Origin: Chiloscyllium plagiosum
Lineage: Eukaryota
Direction of reading: 5' to 3'
Assembly: GCF_004010195.1 (NCBI RefSeq)
Contig: NC_057737.1
Span: 29,994,875-30,058,874 of the forward strand
DNA length: 64,000 bases
Shown: piece after piece, positions 10,777 to 23,223 of the stretch
Layout: each line of letters opens with the position of its first letter
How positions within the stretch are numbered: position 1 is the stretch's first letter
Notes under the pieces: generated by a model
The model's database searches: none
What the model saw: only the letters and a program-made list of their open reading frames with translations
Told to the model about the DNA's origin: nothing
Translations under genes and position numbers: made by a program

Positions 10777-13054
10777 GATTCTCCTGTTCCCTGGATGCTG
10801 CCTGACCTGCTGCGCTTTTCCAGTAACACATTTTCAGCTCCGATATAGTCGAGATGTAGAGCTGATAAAGGGGTTGGATTAACCTATCACTTACTTTAAC
10901 TCTCAGCAGCCACTTTTACAGTATTCAGATTTTCATTTCAGTCCAACTCTAATTAAACTTTGACTTAACAAGTTTGCACAACAATTCCCAGCTCTTTAAA
11001 AGTAACAGTTCACATCGGTACATTTTCACTGTTTGACACCATTGAGTTAGTGCTGTAGAACCATTCAGCACTTGGATTGGTAGTTTTAATTGAGCTTCCA
11101 TTCCTCAATTCCCTGCAGATGAATCAGATCTTTTCAGTTTTTCTTGGGTTTTTTTAACTGCAATTTTGACTTTTACCAGCTTGTAAGAACAGACCATATT
11201 TCCTACTTAGCTCCACTATCGCCATCTTTAACTACATTTATTTAAATTGTCTTCTAAATTGCCATGCTGGAATGTGTAGAAGATAATGGTGTGTCGGTCT
11301 GATTGCAGGCAGTTTTGCAATCCATTGAGACAGACCTGTCTTTCTTTTTAAGCTCAATTTTCTGCAGATTTATAAGAATATGTTCATCACGGAGCCAAGA
11401 AATTCAAGCTGCTCTCGCCTTCAGGTTGATTTTTTGGATTCAGGTCCTGCATTTTGTTAAGTTTAAAAATTATAATCACAATACTCTCACGCAGAACAGT
11501 ACAATATGTAGAAATGTCAAATTTAGAAAGTCTTTTTTTTATCTTCAAAATCCACAAATACAAACGATGTGACGAATCACAGAACTGGATGGGATGCACC
11601 AGTCTCTCTTCTGAGACTGAAGAATTCTGAAAGTGGGGTCTGGATTTTCCCTCTTGGGGATGGGCACCAGGAACCAGGTCTGTTTTACTGTTGGAAACTC
11701 ACCTCATGATGCCTACATGATGCCAGGAGGGCAGCTGTCCTTTCTTTTAACAACAGTATAACTCCTGAAGACATTTCAGAACTTGAGATATCCTGAGTTT
11801 GTGAAAAGGGTTATATAAATGAAAGTCTTTTGTTTTCTGACTGGCTAATGGTTATTGGCTGTTAGTCACTATGGATGTTTAATGATTTGTGGCAGTCTCT
11901 GAAGTAGCACTGTCAGAAACTGTACAGAATTTAGTGCTTACAGTTGGCTGTTGGCAAACATGTCAAACCATTCCAAGATCCTCCTGCACCCAATTTAACG
12001 CCAATCAGACACGACCTAGAAAGCATCAAGGTTGTCACAAAGTCAGAGTAATTTCCTACCTTTGAGAATAGCTGGCCAATCAGAGGCAGATAGCTCGGCA
12101 GTACCCGCAGTGCCATTCAGACAAGTGGCTATGTAGTTCCTGCAATATGTGTAAGCGGCCACTTGAGTGAATGTAAGTGAGGTGGGATTGGGAGCCCTGA
12201 CAATGTGCTGCACGGGTGTGGTGGGGTTATGAGCAGAGTTAACTTTAAGGACAGGCTGGAGGAAGCCCTTTCACACTTCTTCACACTTAGGGAAACCCTT
12301 TCCTCTGCCAAATCTCTCCATGTGAGCTGCCCAAGTAGGAGAGCCTCCCAACCCCATATGTTCCATCATTAGTCTTCAGACATGCTCATCAGGATTCCCC
12401 TGCTGTGTTTTGCCTATATCATGGCTCTGGCTCACTGCTACTTCAATAGCAATGACAGTGGAATGAGACCTTGAAGTGATCTGTTCAAGACCTCACTTGA
12501 CTTCGGAAAGGGACATCTCTCCTTGACCCTTCCTAAGTCAAACTTAACCTACTTCTGGGAAGAGTATTAAATTCTACCAAGTCTCTGTCCCCTCCTTCAC
12601 TGAGTTCTTGATCTCTATTTCATGATTTGAAATGCTGCATAAAATTGTTAATAACAAGAATGAATAATAATTGTTATACAATTCCTGGTAGAATGCTTAA
12701 AGTGATAATTGGAATCCATGTTTGAACTGTTTCTGACTTCTCAGCTGCAGACTTCTAGGCATCCTTGGTAAATGATAGAGATGAAACGTGGAGGAAGGAA
12801 GAAACTATCTGAATGGCTTCCAGAAAAATCAATATATAAAACCAGGACATTGATACTCACAAGCACAGCTCACTGAGAAGTGAAGAGCATCAATGATATG
12901 GATTTTGTATCATCATTTATAACCCGAGGTTTGTATGAGTCCATTGCTTTGGAAACTGGGACTGCCACAAGTGATCTATGTGCCAACAATACGCTTAAAT
13001 TAAAACTCCAACCATTTCAGCAACACATCAACACAACAATTTTGTTAAAGGCTA

Positions 13055-13395
13055 GATGTAGAAAGGTTGTTTTTTATTTGGGAGTTCAAAGTTAGTACCA
13101 ATAATTCAAAGTTAGTACCAATAGTACCAAAACTAGTCATGAATAAAACCACTAAGGAATTTAGAAGAAAACCTTTCATTGAGATAAGTTAGCATGTGGA
13201 ACTTGCTACTGAATAAAGGAGTTGAGGCCAATAGCATTAATGGAAACCTGGATAAGTACACGAGGGAGAAAGGAACAGGGCATTTTGATATAGTGAGATA
13301 AAATAAGGTGGGATAAGGCTCATATGGAGTATAAACACTGACAAAGACAAGTTGGGATGCCTGATCTGTGTCTCTGCTATAAATTCTACATACTT
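13055..13395 (+). mobile_element. Old CR1 3' remnant
   Basis: Degenerate GAAGAAAACCTTTC..ATGTGGAACT..GTTGAGGC..CTGGATAAGTACA and a 3' hairpin region. Confidence 0.55.
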
Positions 13396-14491
13396 CTATC
13401 TCATTTATTTGTGATTTAATTTGCTTGTTCTTCATTCAAGAGCATGTATGGAAGTCCTAATGGAGCTAAAAGAAAAACACAGAGAAGGCAGCTTCCCTGA
13501 CAGTTTAAACTAGGAAATATTTGATAACTTTGGTGCTGAAGCCATTTTACATTAGATTTTGCAACTTTTCATATGTCTATTTCACTGAACTAAAATCAGG
13601 CTGCTGCAATTAAATTTAGTGGCCCTATTCTAGGGGAAAAAACAACAACTTGAATACCTCTTCCCAATTACTGTTGTTATTCTTTGTTGGAAGATAGTTT
13701 CGAATGGTTCTGGCATGAGGGTGATGCCTGCCAGCTATGAATAGTTTGTCTACATAATGGTGTTTGGCTTCACATTTGGGAATGCTGATTCAGGCTTCAG
13801 CTTTTACCATAGGAAGGGAAAACAAAAAAAAACAGTTAAGTAAAAAATATCTATGAAATTCAAAAGAATGATAATATTCCAAATACAATCACTTAGAGAG
13901 TCTGTGTGAGCAATTGCTGCAACATCTGCACCAAAGTTTGTCTGCTTCTTGCTTGAATTTCTTTAACTACTTCAGTGCTTATTAAAAATGCTATTTTCCA
14001 AGCGTGAGAATGATTATGTTGTGGTCTGGGAGTGTGATAATTAACTGTCACGAAAGTAAAAATGAAAACTACTTATAATCATTTATCACTTAAAACTCCT
14101 TAATATGTGATACACTTGAGAAGGTGTTTTTAAATCTAAAACCTCAGCTTATTGCATAGTATTGAGTGAATCCTTTTGTGGTGCTTGTGAAGTTGTTCTC
14201 GGGCGTGGTAGTCAAACAAGGCAATTGTAGAGTCACTCTACAGCACCTTTATGGGACCACTCTGTGAGGTGTTTGTGGGTTAATTCTATGAGATGCATGT
14301 TGTATCCGTTATGAGCGCTTTCAATTTGCAGATCTAAAACAGGTATTTCCATTGGCTGGTCAGCTATCCAGTGACCTCAGCTGAAAGTTCAATGTGTGTA
14401 GTGATTAGATAATTAGAAGGCACCAATATAACTCCCAGCGGGTATGTAGTTAAAAAGAACCAAATCAAATGATAGAGCTGTTCTTTCATTA

Positions 14492-14674
14492 GAGAGAGCG
14501 AGAGACAGAGACTGTTGATGTTTGTAACTGAGGGTCACCACACCTCAGGCAAGGGAAGAGGTTGAGAAGGACAATCTTTCATGGCAACCACAGTCAGTGC
14601 GGGAATTGAACCCACACTATAGGATTACACTGCTTTGCAAATCCTACATCCAACCAACTGAGCTAACCAATCCC
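14492..14674 (-). mobile_element. tRNA-derived SINE
   Basis: The minus strand begins GGGATTGGTTAGCTCAGTTGG (A box) and has GGTTCAATTCCC (B box). It ends in a (TC)n-like tail. No cloverleaf or CCA end, so it is not a tRNA gene. Confidence 0.7.
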
Positions 14675-15889
14675 ATAAATCAAACGATAACTGTTAAAAA
14701 GCAGAAAATTGAAACATTAGCTGAAAAGCTAGAAATGGCTTTGGTCTGGCAAGGGGCCATGGTTTAAGTTTATGCCTGAACAATCAATATTTGGGATAGT
14801 ACTGGAGTGTGTTCCAGAAGCACAGAACTGAAAGAGCTTGGGATGAAAATTGAAAATTGGCAAATGAAAGTTAACCTGTTAAAATAAAATCAAAATGTTT
14901 TGTCATATTCGATAATTTTTGAGTGATGGAAGAATTAACTCATTCTGTGGTTGGAACATTTTTACACAGAATTACGGACCACAGTTGAATTTCTAATTAC
15001 TTTAAGTTGATTCTATTTCACATTGAAAAAAAACTTCAAAAATTAGAATCTAATCCAAAATCAACTGCACCCTGGTAAACTGTTTAGCATCGGTAACCTT
15101 CATGCCAAAACTAAACTGACCACTCTAGACAGACACAAACTTTACAGATGACCAATCTGATTATTCCCACTCTGCCTCGGATTTGCAGGTCATTGTCAAT
15201 CTTTTCAATTCTATACTTAAGAAACTTGCCAGTCCCTTGCAGGTTGCCAAACAAAGCTCATATATCAAACCACACATGATCAGCAAATAGTTCACTTGCT
15301 GTATACCTAAAGTAGAGACTTTGGAATGTGTTGAATATCTCCCATACTTTTTGGTAGCCCTCTCTCAAAAGGCCATCATTGCTGATGAGATCCAACACTG
15401 ATTCTGTTGTACTGAATATGCCTCATACAGACTAACACAGTCAGTGCTTGATAGCACAAATTTTCACAAATCAACAAAAGTCCAAATGAACAGAGCAGTC
15501 GCCATCATCATACTTCTGTAGTGCAGTGAGACCGAGACTGTGTACATAACAGTATGAGAGAAATTCTACGTCCAGTGCTTCCACTGCATTCCCAAGATTC
15601 AATGGTAGGACAGTCAAAGAGAAGAGTCTGGATTCCACTACCTTGTAGGACATCTTTGCCCCTTATGCCCAGAGATCTCTGAATCATGAATCAGCCCAAG
15701 AATCACATGTAGACCCACAGGTGATACCTGCAATCTAAAGAAGTGTTATCCACAAATTCAGGTATAGCAACAACCTTTCTGTTTGATACATCATTTACCT
15801 ATAAATTCAGATTTAATTAGTCTTGTTTCTGATTAATGTGAAAATAACAAAAATGGTTACTCTAGGACTCCAAATGATTACATTTATTA

Positions 15890-16390
15890 CAATGTAGAGA
15901 AAGGCCATTCAGCCCATTGAGTCAGTGGCAGCACCCCTCAGGACAATCCAGTTGGTTGCACTCCCCTGTTTGATCCCAGTAGCTCTGTTGGTGTCTGTCA
16001 GTGCTGATCCAATTTACTTTTGAAATCATTTCTGCTTCCCTCAGCCTGATGGGCACCAAGCTTTGTGTCATTATGACTCACAATGGGAAAAGATTTTCCT
16101 TGTTTTATTTCCCGACATCTCTTGCTTAGAACTTCAAATCATGACTCCTAGTCCTTGTACCATCAGCTAATGAGAAGAGATTGTCTCCCTTATTTAAGCT
16201 GTACACCTTGAGTGAATATCCATCTCCTGTGCTCAAATAATCTTGAATTATCTACCCTATCACATGTAGTTAAACCACTACTGTCCCACCTCTGAGACCA
16301 TTCTGGTAAATCTCCAAGGTAACATTTCAAGGAGCTGCACATCTTCCCTAAAGTGTGGCGGTCAGAAATGAACACAATTGTCCCGTTTGG
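15890..16390 (-). mobile_element. Old CR1 3' remnant
   Basis: Starts with the tail motif AGGCCATTCAGCCCATTGAGTC and is degenerately colinear with other minus-strand CR1 ends. Confidence 0.5.
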
Positions 16391-16959
16391 GACAAGAGTC
16401 ATGAGCAGAAGTCAGGAGTGTTAGTGCTGCTCATGGCCTGGGACCCCAGCAATGCTCCTAACCCAAGTACAGTAACCCTGTCCATAGCACAGTGCTTCCC
16501 CCTTCACCATTCCAAATGACTCAAGCATAACCTTATCCTGACCCAAACATTGTGGCTTGACCCCCTAACCTGGGTACATTGCTTCTGCCCCAACCCAAGC
16601 ATCAGTCTCTCCAGAGCCTAGAGTCAATGTTATTGGGCCTTGGCAGAGGGCCAGAGATTTATGAAGGTTCAGCACATCTTGTTTGCTTCGATACTCTGTG
16701 CTTCTATTTGTTCAGCACAGAATCCGAAATGCTTTGCTAATGAATCTTTCAATATGTCCCACTTCCTCCCCATTTCCCCCAGTCAAAGGTAGACCCCTGT
16801 CCTCTCCCCCAGCAAAGCGGTTCCTGCACTCTTGAATTTTTGTCAATTATGGATTATTTGATAAAATAATTTGTGTTTCCACGTGAGGATCAGAATAGTA
16901 ACTGCCATTGAGAAGCAATTATTTGAGATATAATTAGTAGCCGCATGGAAAAAAGTGAA

Positions 16960-18100
16960 AGATCAGCATGGATTTCTAAAGGGGAAGTCGTATTTGAGTA
17001 ATTTCCTGGAGTCATTTGAAGAGGTGACAGAAAGGATCAAAATAAGGGTAATGCTGTAGATGTAATGTACATAGACATTTAAAAGTTTATTCATACACCA
17101 ACTGCCATACAAAAGACTTGTCAGAAAGGTTACAACTCATGGAATAAAACAGACTGTAGCAGCTTTGATGTAAAATTGACAGTGAGAGGAATCAGAGTAG
17201 TGGTCAATGTATATTTTCATTGCTGGAAGAAGGTTTGCATTGGAGCTCCCCAGCTCGGATTTTCAGATCATTGTTTTTCCAGATATTAATGATTTACATT
17301 TTGTAAGCATGGGACAACTTCAAACTCTGCAGATGATATGAAATTTGGAAGCATTGTAAACTGTGAGAAGTACGCTGTAGAATTCCAAACAGACTTAAAT
17401 AAGTTGTTCAAGTTGCCAGATGTTTGCAGGTAAAGTTCAAAGCAAAGAACTGTGAGCTGATGCACTTTGGTAAAAAGAACGTGGATAGACAATATAAATT
17501 GGCGAGGGTGGGGGGGGAGGGGAGGGTACAGAGACATAGGAGCCCCAAGAAACCTTGGTGTATGTGTGCATAGAATATTGATGGTGGGAGGACAAGTAGA
17601 GACAACAGCTAACAGAAGAGATATACAAGAATGGTTCCAGGTATGAGAAACTTCAGTTGTGAGGATAGATTGAAAAATTGGAACTATTTTACTTTGAGAG
17701 AAGAAGGCTAAGAAAAGATCTGATTGAAGTTTTAAAAATCATAAGAGATGTGGATGGAATAGATTGGGAGAAATTGTTCCCATTCATAAAAGAATCCAGA
17801 AAAAGAGGCACAGCCTGAATGCCATTTGCAAGTCTATCAAATATGATACAAGAATAAATTTTTTCACATTATAAGTGATGTGAGTCTACATTGCACTTCC
17901 TAAAAGTGTGGCTGAGCCAGAGTTAATTGAAACATTAAAGAAGACATTGTTCCAAATCAAATAGTCATCTAATGTGCAAGGGTATGTAGAAAGGCAGGAG
18001 AATGGCACTAAGTCATGATGCTCGTTGGAGAACCAGCACAAACACCATGGGCCAAATGGCCTTTGTCTGCACCAGAACAATTCTGTGTTATTGTGATTCT
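16960..18100 (+). mobile_element. Old CR1 LINE remnant (RT to 3' end)
   Basis: CAGCATGGATTTCTAAAGGGGAAGTC (QHGF.KGKS), TGCAGATGAT (ADD motif) and a 3' end GGGCCAAATGGCCT..CTGTGTTATTGTGATTCT. Confidence 0.75.
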
Positions 18101-21100
18101 ATATACTCGCTGGTCATTCATCCTTTGATAGCCAGCTTCACTGTATTCACACCTACATTTCTATCAATTAAAACAAACTTTGTCAAATTGACTCACAAAT
18201 CAGTGGGTGCTGAGGCCAGTTGTCTCTGTATCTCAGCATTGGCCAAGATCAACCCACTTCAGCACAGGTTGTGCTTTGATGTTTTCTGCATGGTTAACTC
18301 AAACCATCCATGGTGACTGTACACAATGCTTGAGATCTAATAAGAAATTCATCAAATCTGTCTTGAGTTTACTTCAAAGAGTGGTAATGACCAAAGACAA
18401 AGAGCAGCCTGGGAGAGGGAAGGGAGCCAGAAGCTCAGAACTGCACTTATATCCAAAGAGATGTTTGGTGAAGCAGTTTCCTAATCTACACTCGACCTTA
18501 TTTTGTGTTTAATATTTATTTTGCTTAAGGCGACCAGCATTATTTTTGCTTATGTTTCATAAGTTAAAGGAATATGGTCACTGTGGGATATCTTTACCCA
18601 TGTCTGTCAAGAAATCTTTCACTGAACTGCCATTGGTTTTCTATAATTTAGTCAAGAGAATCGTCCCGATAGGAAAATATTATCTTGCTGTCAGGAAATT
18701 TTATTTGAAACTATCTTTAGGACTGCGTGTTTTTGTTGTGCTTGGAATAAGGAGAAGTCATTGTTAATAGTATCCTCAATTGTTCCGTTGTGCACCTCTA
18801 TTAATGTTTCTTCACTGGGCATTTTATAGATTCTAGTCCTTCAGCAAGGGTCATGCTAACATCGGACTCTCCTTACAGACATGATGTCTTCAGTGTGGCA
18901 AGTAAAAACGAACAATGCGTGCAATCCCTGCTATTGGTTTAATCACATTAGTTTAATTTTGGTACGAAGATGTCTACGTTCATCCGATTCCCATTATGGC
19001 AGATTGCTGTTACTAGTTATTTCTGTCAATTGTAGAGATGTGGATTCCTTGTTTTCAATAAAGACTGAAATTGCGGAGGTGTTGAAATAGCGAGGACATG
19101 TTTTCTTCTTTTGTAGTGAGTTGACACTATTGGGAATTGATCTAATAATCCTATCCCCCACAGATTTATTTTCCCACAAGGGATTACTATTTTAGTGGTC
19201 CTAAATGCATTTGCAATGAAACAGGAAGGTTAGCTGGGGAGCCTCAGCCCAATAGTTCATCTTATAGAGTGAAATCAATTAAGATGGTTGACTGTGAACA
19301 TTTATCCCTTTAGCTTCCACTGTTGAATTTTCATGATGGGCTTTGACTCTTTGGAGAGTGCAGAGTTAATGGTAATTGTTCCCTTCTCTTCAAAATTTAT
19401 TATCTAGTTCATTCAATGACAAACACTCCATCAACTAGATTGAGGCCTATGGTTCATTGATAGATCTGCCTTGTGTGGGGCTAACACAGGGAGTTTTATC
19501 ACAGATGTCTCGCTTTGAAAGAAAATTAAACAAGTATCTCATTACCAAATGCTTCAGTGGTCCCCGGAGGTGGCCACGGAGGCAGAGTTTTTAATGAGCT
19601 GGGAACTCCGCCAGTGCTGAAGTTTACAGTCTCCCTGCTTTTCTAGGGGAGTTTTCGGAAGAGCCCCTCTATTCAGACCTGCTCAGGCAGAGTAGAAAAG
19701 CACCGTGCTGATTCCTTCTTTTCAACTCCTAAAGAAGGAGATAATGTACTTTTGTGCAATNNNNNNNNNNNNNNNNNNNNNNNNNNNNNNNNNNNNNNNN
19801 NNNNNNNNNNNNNNNNNNNNNNNNNNNNNNNNNNNNNNNNNNNNNNNNNNNNNNNNNNNNNNNNNNNNNNNNNNNNNNNNNNNNNNNNNNNNNNNNNNNN
19901 NNNNNNNNNNNNNNNNNNNNNNNNAGACGTTCTTTCAAACTCAACAATATAGAGGATTGCCATGGTTCATATTGGGATAATCAGTTTAGAACATTTGCCT
20001 TGCTCCAGAATACAAATTGCATTTGGCATTCCCAGTTAAACGGTTCAAGGGATAATGAGATTAATGTAGTAGTGAATTGAAGTAAGCAAAAGCCTTTTTA
20101 CAGTGTTGTATAACTAGTTTAGAGGAAATTCGTTTGAAGTTTTTTTTTCATATGAGTGCATAACTTTAAGCTCGGCCAAGGTTATGGATGTGGATTGGCT
20201 GTGTGCACGTGATCCCAATCCTGACAGAAGCTTGGAACTGAAACAGGCAACAGCTAAAGCTTCATTGAAAGCTGCAAGGCCCAGACAGATGAACGGTCTC
20301 AAGCTAGATTTCCTTCCATCTTCTCCATCTGTTCACTGCAGCTTTAATTAAATCTACAGAGAGCTCTCTGGCCTGTTCATGTAAGGAAAAGGGAGCCTGC
20401 TTCAATGTCCACTCATCTCTCAATTTTACCACGGGCCGCTAATGAGCCTGGACACGAGGTGGAGTGCAATGATGCACTTCCCACCATTTGCTCACCATCA
20501 TCAGCTGTTAATAAGAAATAAACAGAAAGCAACAGCAGGTGTATCCCTCGACCAAGCAAAATAAACTAATGAAGGAATACTTGCTTTCAACATCCTAATG
20601 TGAATGACAGGCTTCCAGTAACCTTAAACTGAACTCCAGAAAACTGTCTATCTGATGAAGAATCTTCTGTTGGCACATGACACCTCTAATGCTATAATGG
20701 CTTTCACACGCATTCTTTATGAATGCTGTCATATATGATCATGCTCCCTTTCATTTTCTGCGAGCATATCTGCCGAAACTATTAAGTTTGTGATGAAACT
20801 GACAATTAACTACTGCCCTGTCGATCTCACCTCTTGTTGTCAGCATCTGCCCATTAATGGTTTATCACTGAAACTTCAAATTATTCAAATTATTATTGGC
20901 TTAATATCTCGCGTCTAAAGCTCATCTCTAATTGAATTGTCAATAACCATATTTAATCATGAGTTTCAAAGTTGTTTTAATTATGGCTGTAGAAACTCAT
21001 CCACAATTCCATTCTTTGGACACCACGAAACAAATACAGGAGGTGATCCTGATGTTATTATCACGACTTGCCTTCGCTGGAAAGTGAGTTTATTGGCTTA

Positions 21101-21569
21101 TTTGCTTCAACTCTACACTGAATGAAGACTTGTATGGTTCAAATGGGACTCAGCCTTAAATCCCCATTGCATGTCGCATTTATACATTATCACTCACAAC
21201 ATTATTGATATTAAGGCAAATAATTGAATTCTTATGTTTTCTCTCTTATGATGCCAAATAGTGGTCTGGAGGTATAGAGTTAAATTCTATAAAATAGTAT
21301 GTTTCTAAATAGATCAAAAATATTTAATTCTCAATTGATATGGAGTTTCAACTTATTGAAGACAAGTAATGTAGATCCAAACTGCTCGTGTAGAAATATA
21401 ATTCATGTGTCTGGAGCAATGCTTTCATACCTCTTCAAGACTATTTTAAATTAAAAGAACAAGATAAATTGTGGGTAAAAATGGCATTTACTTCTTTTGA
21501 CACACCTCCAAGTTATCTACGAGTAAATATCAGACCAGGCTTAGAGTGATTCAGATAGTTTGGATAAGA

Positions 21570-21845
21570 GCGTGTTAGGTGGAATATAGTACAATTTGGC
21601 AAAGTGTGAAGTTATCAGCTTTGGAAGGAAAAATAAAAGGGCAGAATATTTTTTGAGTGGTGAAGACTAGGAGATGATTATCTGGCTGTCAATTACAGAA
21701 AATTAATTTGCAGATACAGCTAGCAATAAGGCACAAATGGTATGTTATCATTTGTTATAAAGTGATGGGACTTTAAAAATAAAGGAACTTTTCTACAAAT
21801 ATATGGGGCACTGGTGACACCTTACCTGTAGGTCGGTACTGTGTG
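21570..21845 (+). mobile_element. Old CR1 fragment
   Basis: AAGTGTGAAGTTATCAGCTTTGG (KCEV.HFG region) and GGGCACTGGTGACACC. Confidence 0.5.
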
Positions 21846-22734
21846 AGGAGAGAAAGAGTAAACGCAATCTATAGATTCCCTGGATTTCAAAGAATGAACG
21901 ATCTTGAACCAAACACACACACCTCTCAAGAATCTTGACAGTGAATGTTAAGGTTGAACACAAAAGGATTCGCACTGTTCCTGAGACACTGACATCAATT
22001 CACAGTGCTGACCTTGTGCCGACTGGCCAATCAACAACCAGCATGCATGATAACCGACCACTCAGTGGCCAGAGGCGGGCTGTAAGATGGTGGCCATGTC
22101 ATTACCTGATACCAAAAGAAGTGTTGGCACTATGTTTAGTGACCTGTTAATGCCTATGTCCTGATCTGAATTGTCTTTGCCTGAGCAAGCTGACCTGACT
22201 GAGGCCTGCAAGTACCCAGCAGCCAGTGACCTCTGCAGCTGTCTGGGGCCTGATCGCTAGAAAGGGATTGGAGACTGCAACCCCAAGTCAAGATCTGTCC
22301 AAATCCTTTCCGGGGGAAAACGTTTAAGCTGCTGACTGTAGCAAGACTGAGAGCTGCCAACTCTTTTCTCAAGTACAAATGTTGCCAAAGCTCCAAATAA
22401 CTTCAACCCAACTCCCCTCCCCCAAGCACCTATTTAATGCAAAGCAGCCTATAAAATTCGATTCAGTTGTTTCCTTTTGTAACTTCCCTACCACTGAGTT
22501 GTTCATTACGAGATATTGAGCGGCATCCATACATGGCTTGCCTTAGGTTACTACTAAAATTGCAGGCCATTGTGATGACACCGCCCAATGTAATTTTATG
22601 GCACACTCCTCCCTCCATCTTTGCCCATGTCAATGCCTTAAAATTCAAGCACATGTTTCTTTTCCTGGTTAAGGCTGAAGAACACACAGTGGCATTCGCA
22701 GTCACAGTGGTTGGCCATTTAGGACTGAGGTGAG

Positions 22735-22960
22735 GAGACATTTCTTCATTCTTTGTGAAACTTTGGAATTTTCTATTCCAGAGACAAATGCTCAGTCATC
22801 AAGTATATTCAACACAGAAAGGTTGATAGAATTTGGAGTATTAAGGGAGAATGAATAGGGCAGGAAAGGTGGTGTGAAGGTAGAAAATGAGCCATGATTT
22901 TGTTGAATAATGCAGTCGGTTTGAAGGGCAAAATGTTCTATTACTGCTCCTATTCCTTGT
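22735..22960 (+). mobile_element. Old CR1 3' end
   Basis: TTTGGAATTTTCTATTCCAGAG..CAGCCATGAT-like..GAAGGGCAAAATG..ACTGCTCCTATTCC resembles 35940-36190. Confidence 0.55.
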
Positions 22961-23005
22961 GCACTTAACTCCGGCACAATACATTATTGATATTTTGGTC
23001 TCAGG

Positions 23006-23223
23006 CAGGCTTCCAAAAAGTGGGGTTAGGAACTCCAAATGGGGTCACAAGCTAAATTTCTAGGGTCATGAGATCCAAGGCAATGATTGCCGCTCAGGAT
23101 TTTGGATCAACAGCTGTGTTCCGACTCTAACAGGCCTTGGCTCCCTCAGTTCTCACTGAGGGCCCACGACAATTCTCAAGCCTCAAATTGGAGTCACAAT
23201 GGGAAACATTTAGGTAAGCACTG
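23006..23223. mobile_element. hAT (Charlie-like) MITE remnant
   Basis: Degenerate TIRs CAGGCTTCCAAAAA / TTTAGGTAAGCACTG with subterminal GGGGTCAC repeats. The 8-bp flanks GTCTCAGG / ATCTTAGG match at 6/8. Confidence 0.5.

Larger units (their letters stand above)
10642..10842. mobile_element. PLE terminal-repeat hairpin insertion, family A (near-perfect palindrome)
   Basis: Arms of 96 bp (10642-10737 / 10742-10837), a 4-nt loop and one mismatch. Flanks ATGTAGTCTAGAT (10629-10641) and ATATAGTCGAGAT (10843-10855). Confidence 0.85.

Noticed and set aside
13086-13131. Short tandem duplication TTCAAAGTTAGTACCAATA x2
   Set aside because: Ordinary slippage inside an old CR1 remnant. No spacers, so not CRISPR-like. 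No CRISPR array, rRNA or prokaryotic operon was seen anywhere in the window.
14590-14674. tRNA-like A/B boxes (also the HE1 heads at about 55240-55311 and 62485-62555)
   Set aside because: These are SINE heads with no complete cloverleaf, so not tRNA genes.
21815-21975. Minus-strand donor CAG|GTAAG with a 60-aa ORF, a possible exon
   Set aside because: The donor lies within a degenerate CR1 remnant and the peptide is unrecognisable.
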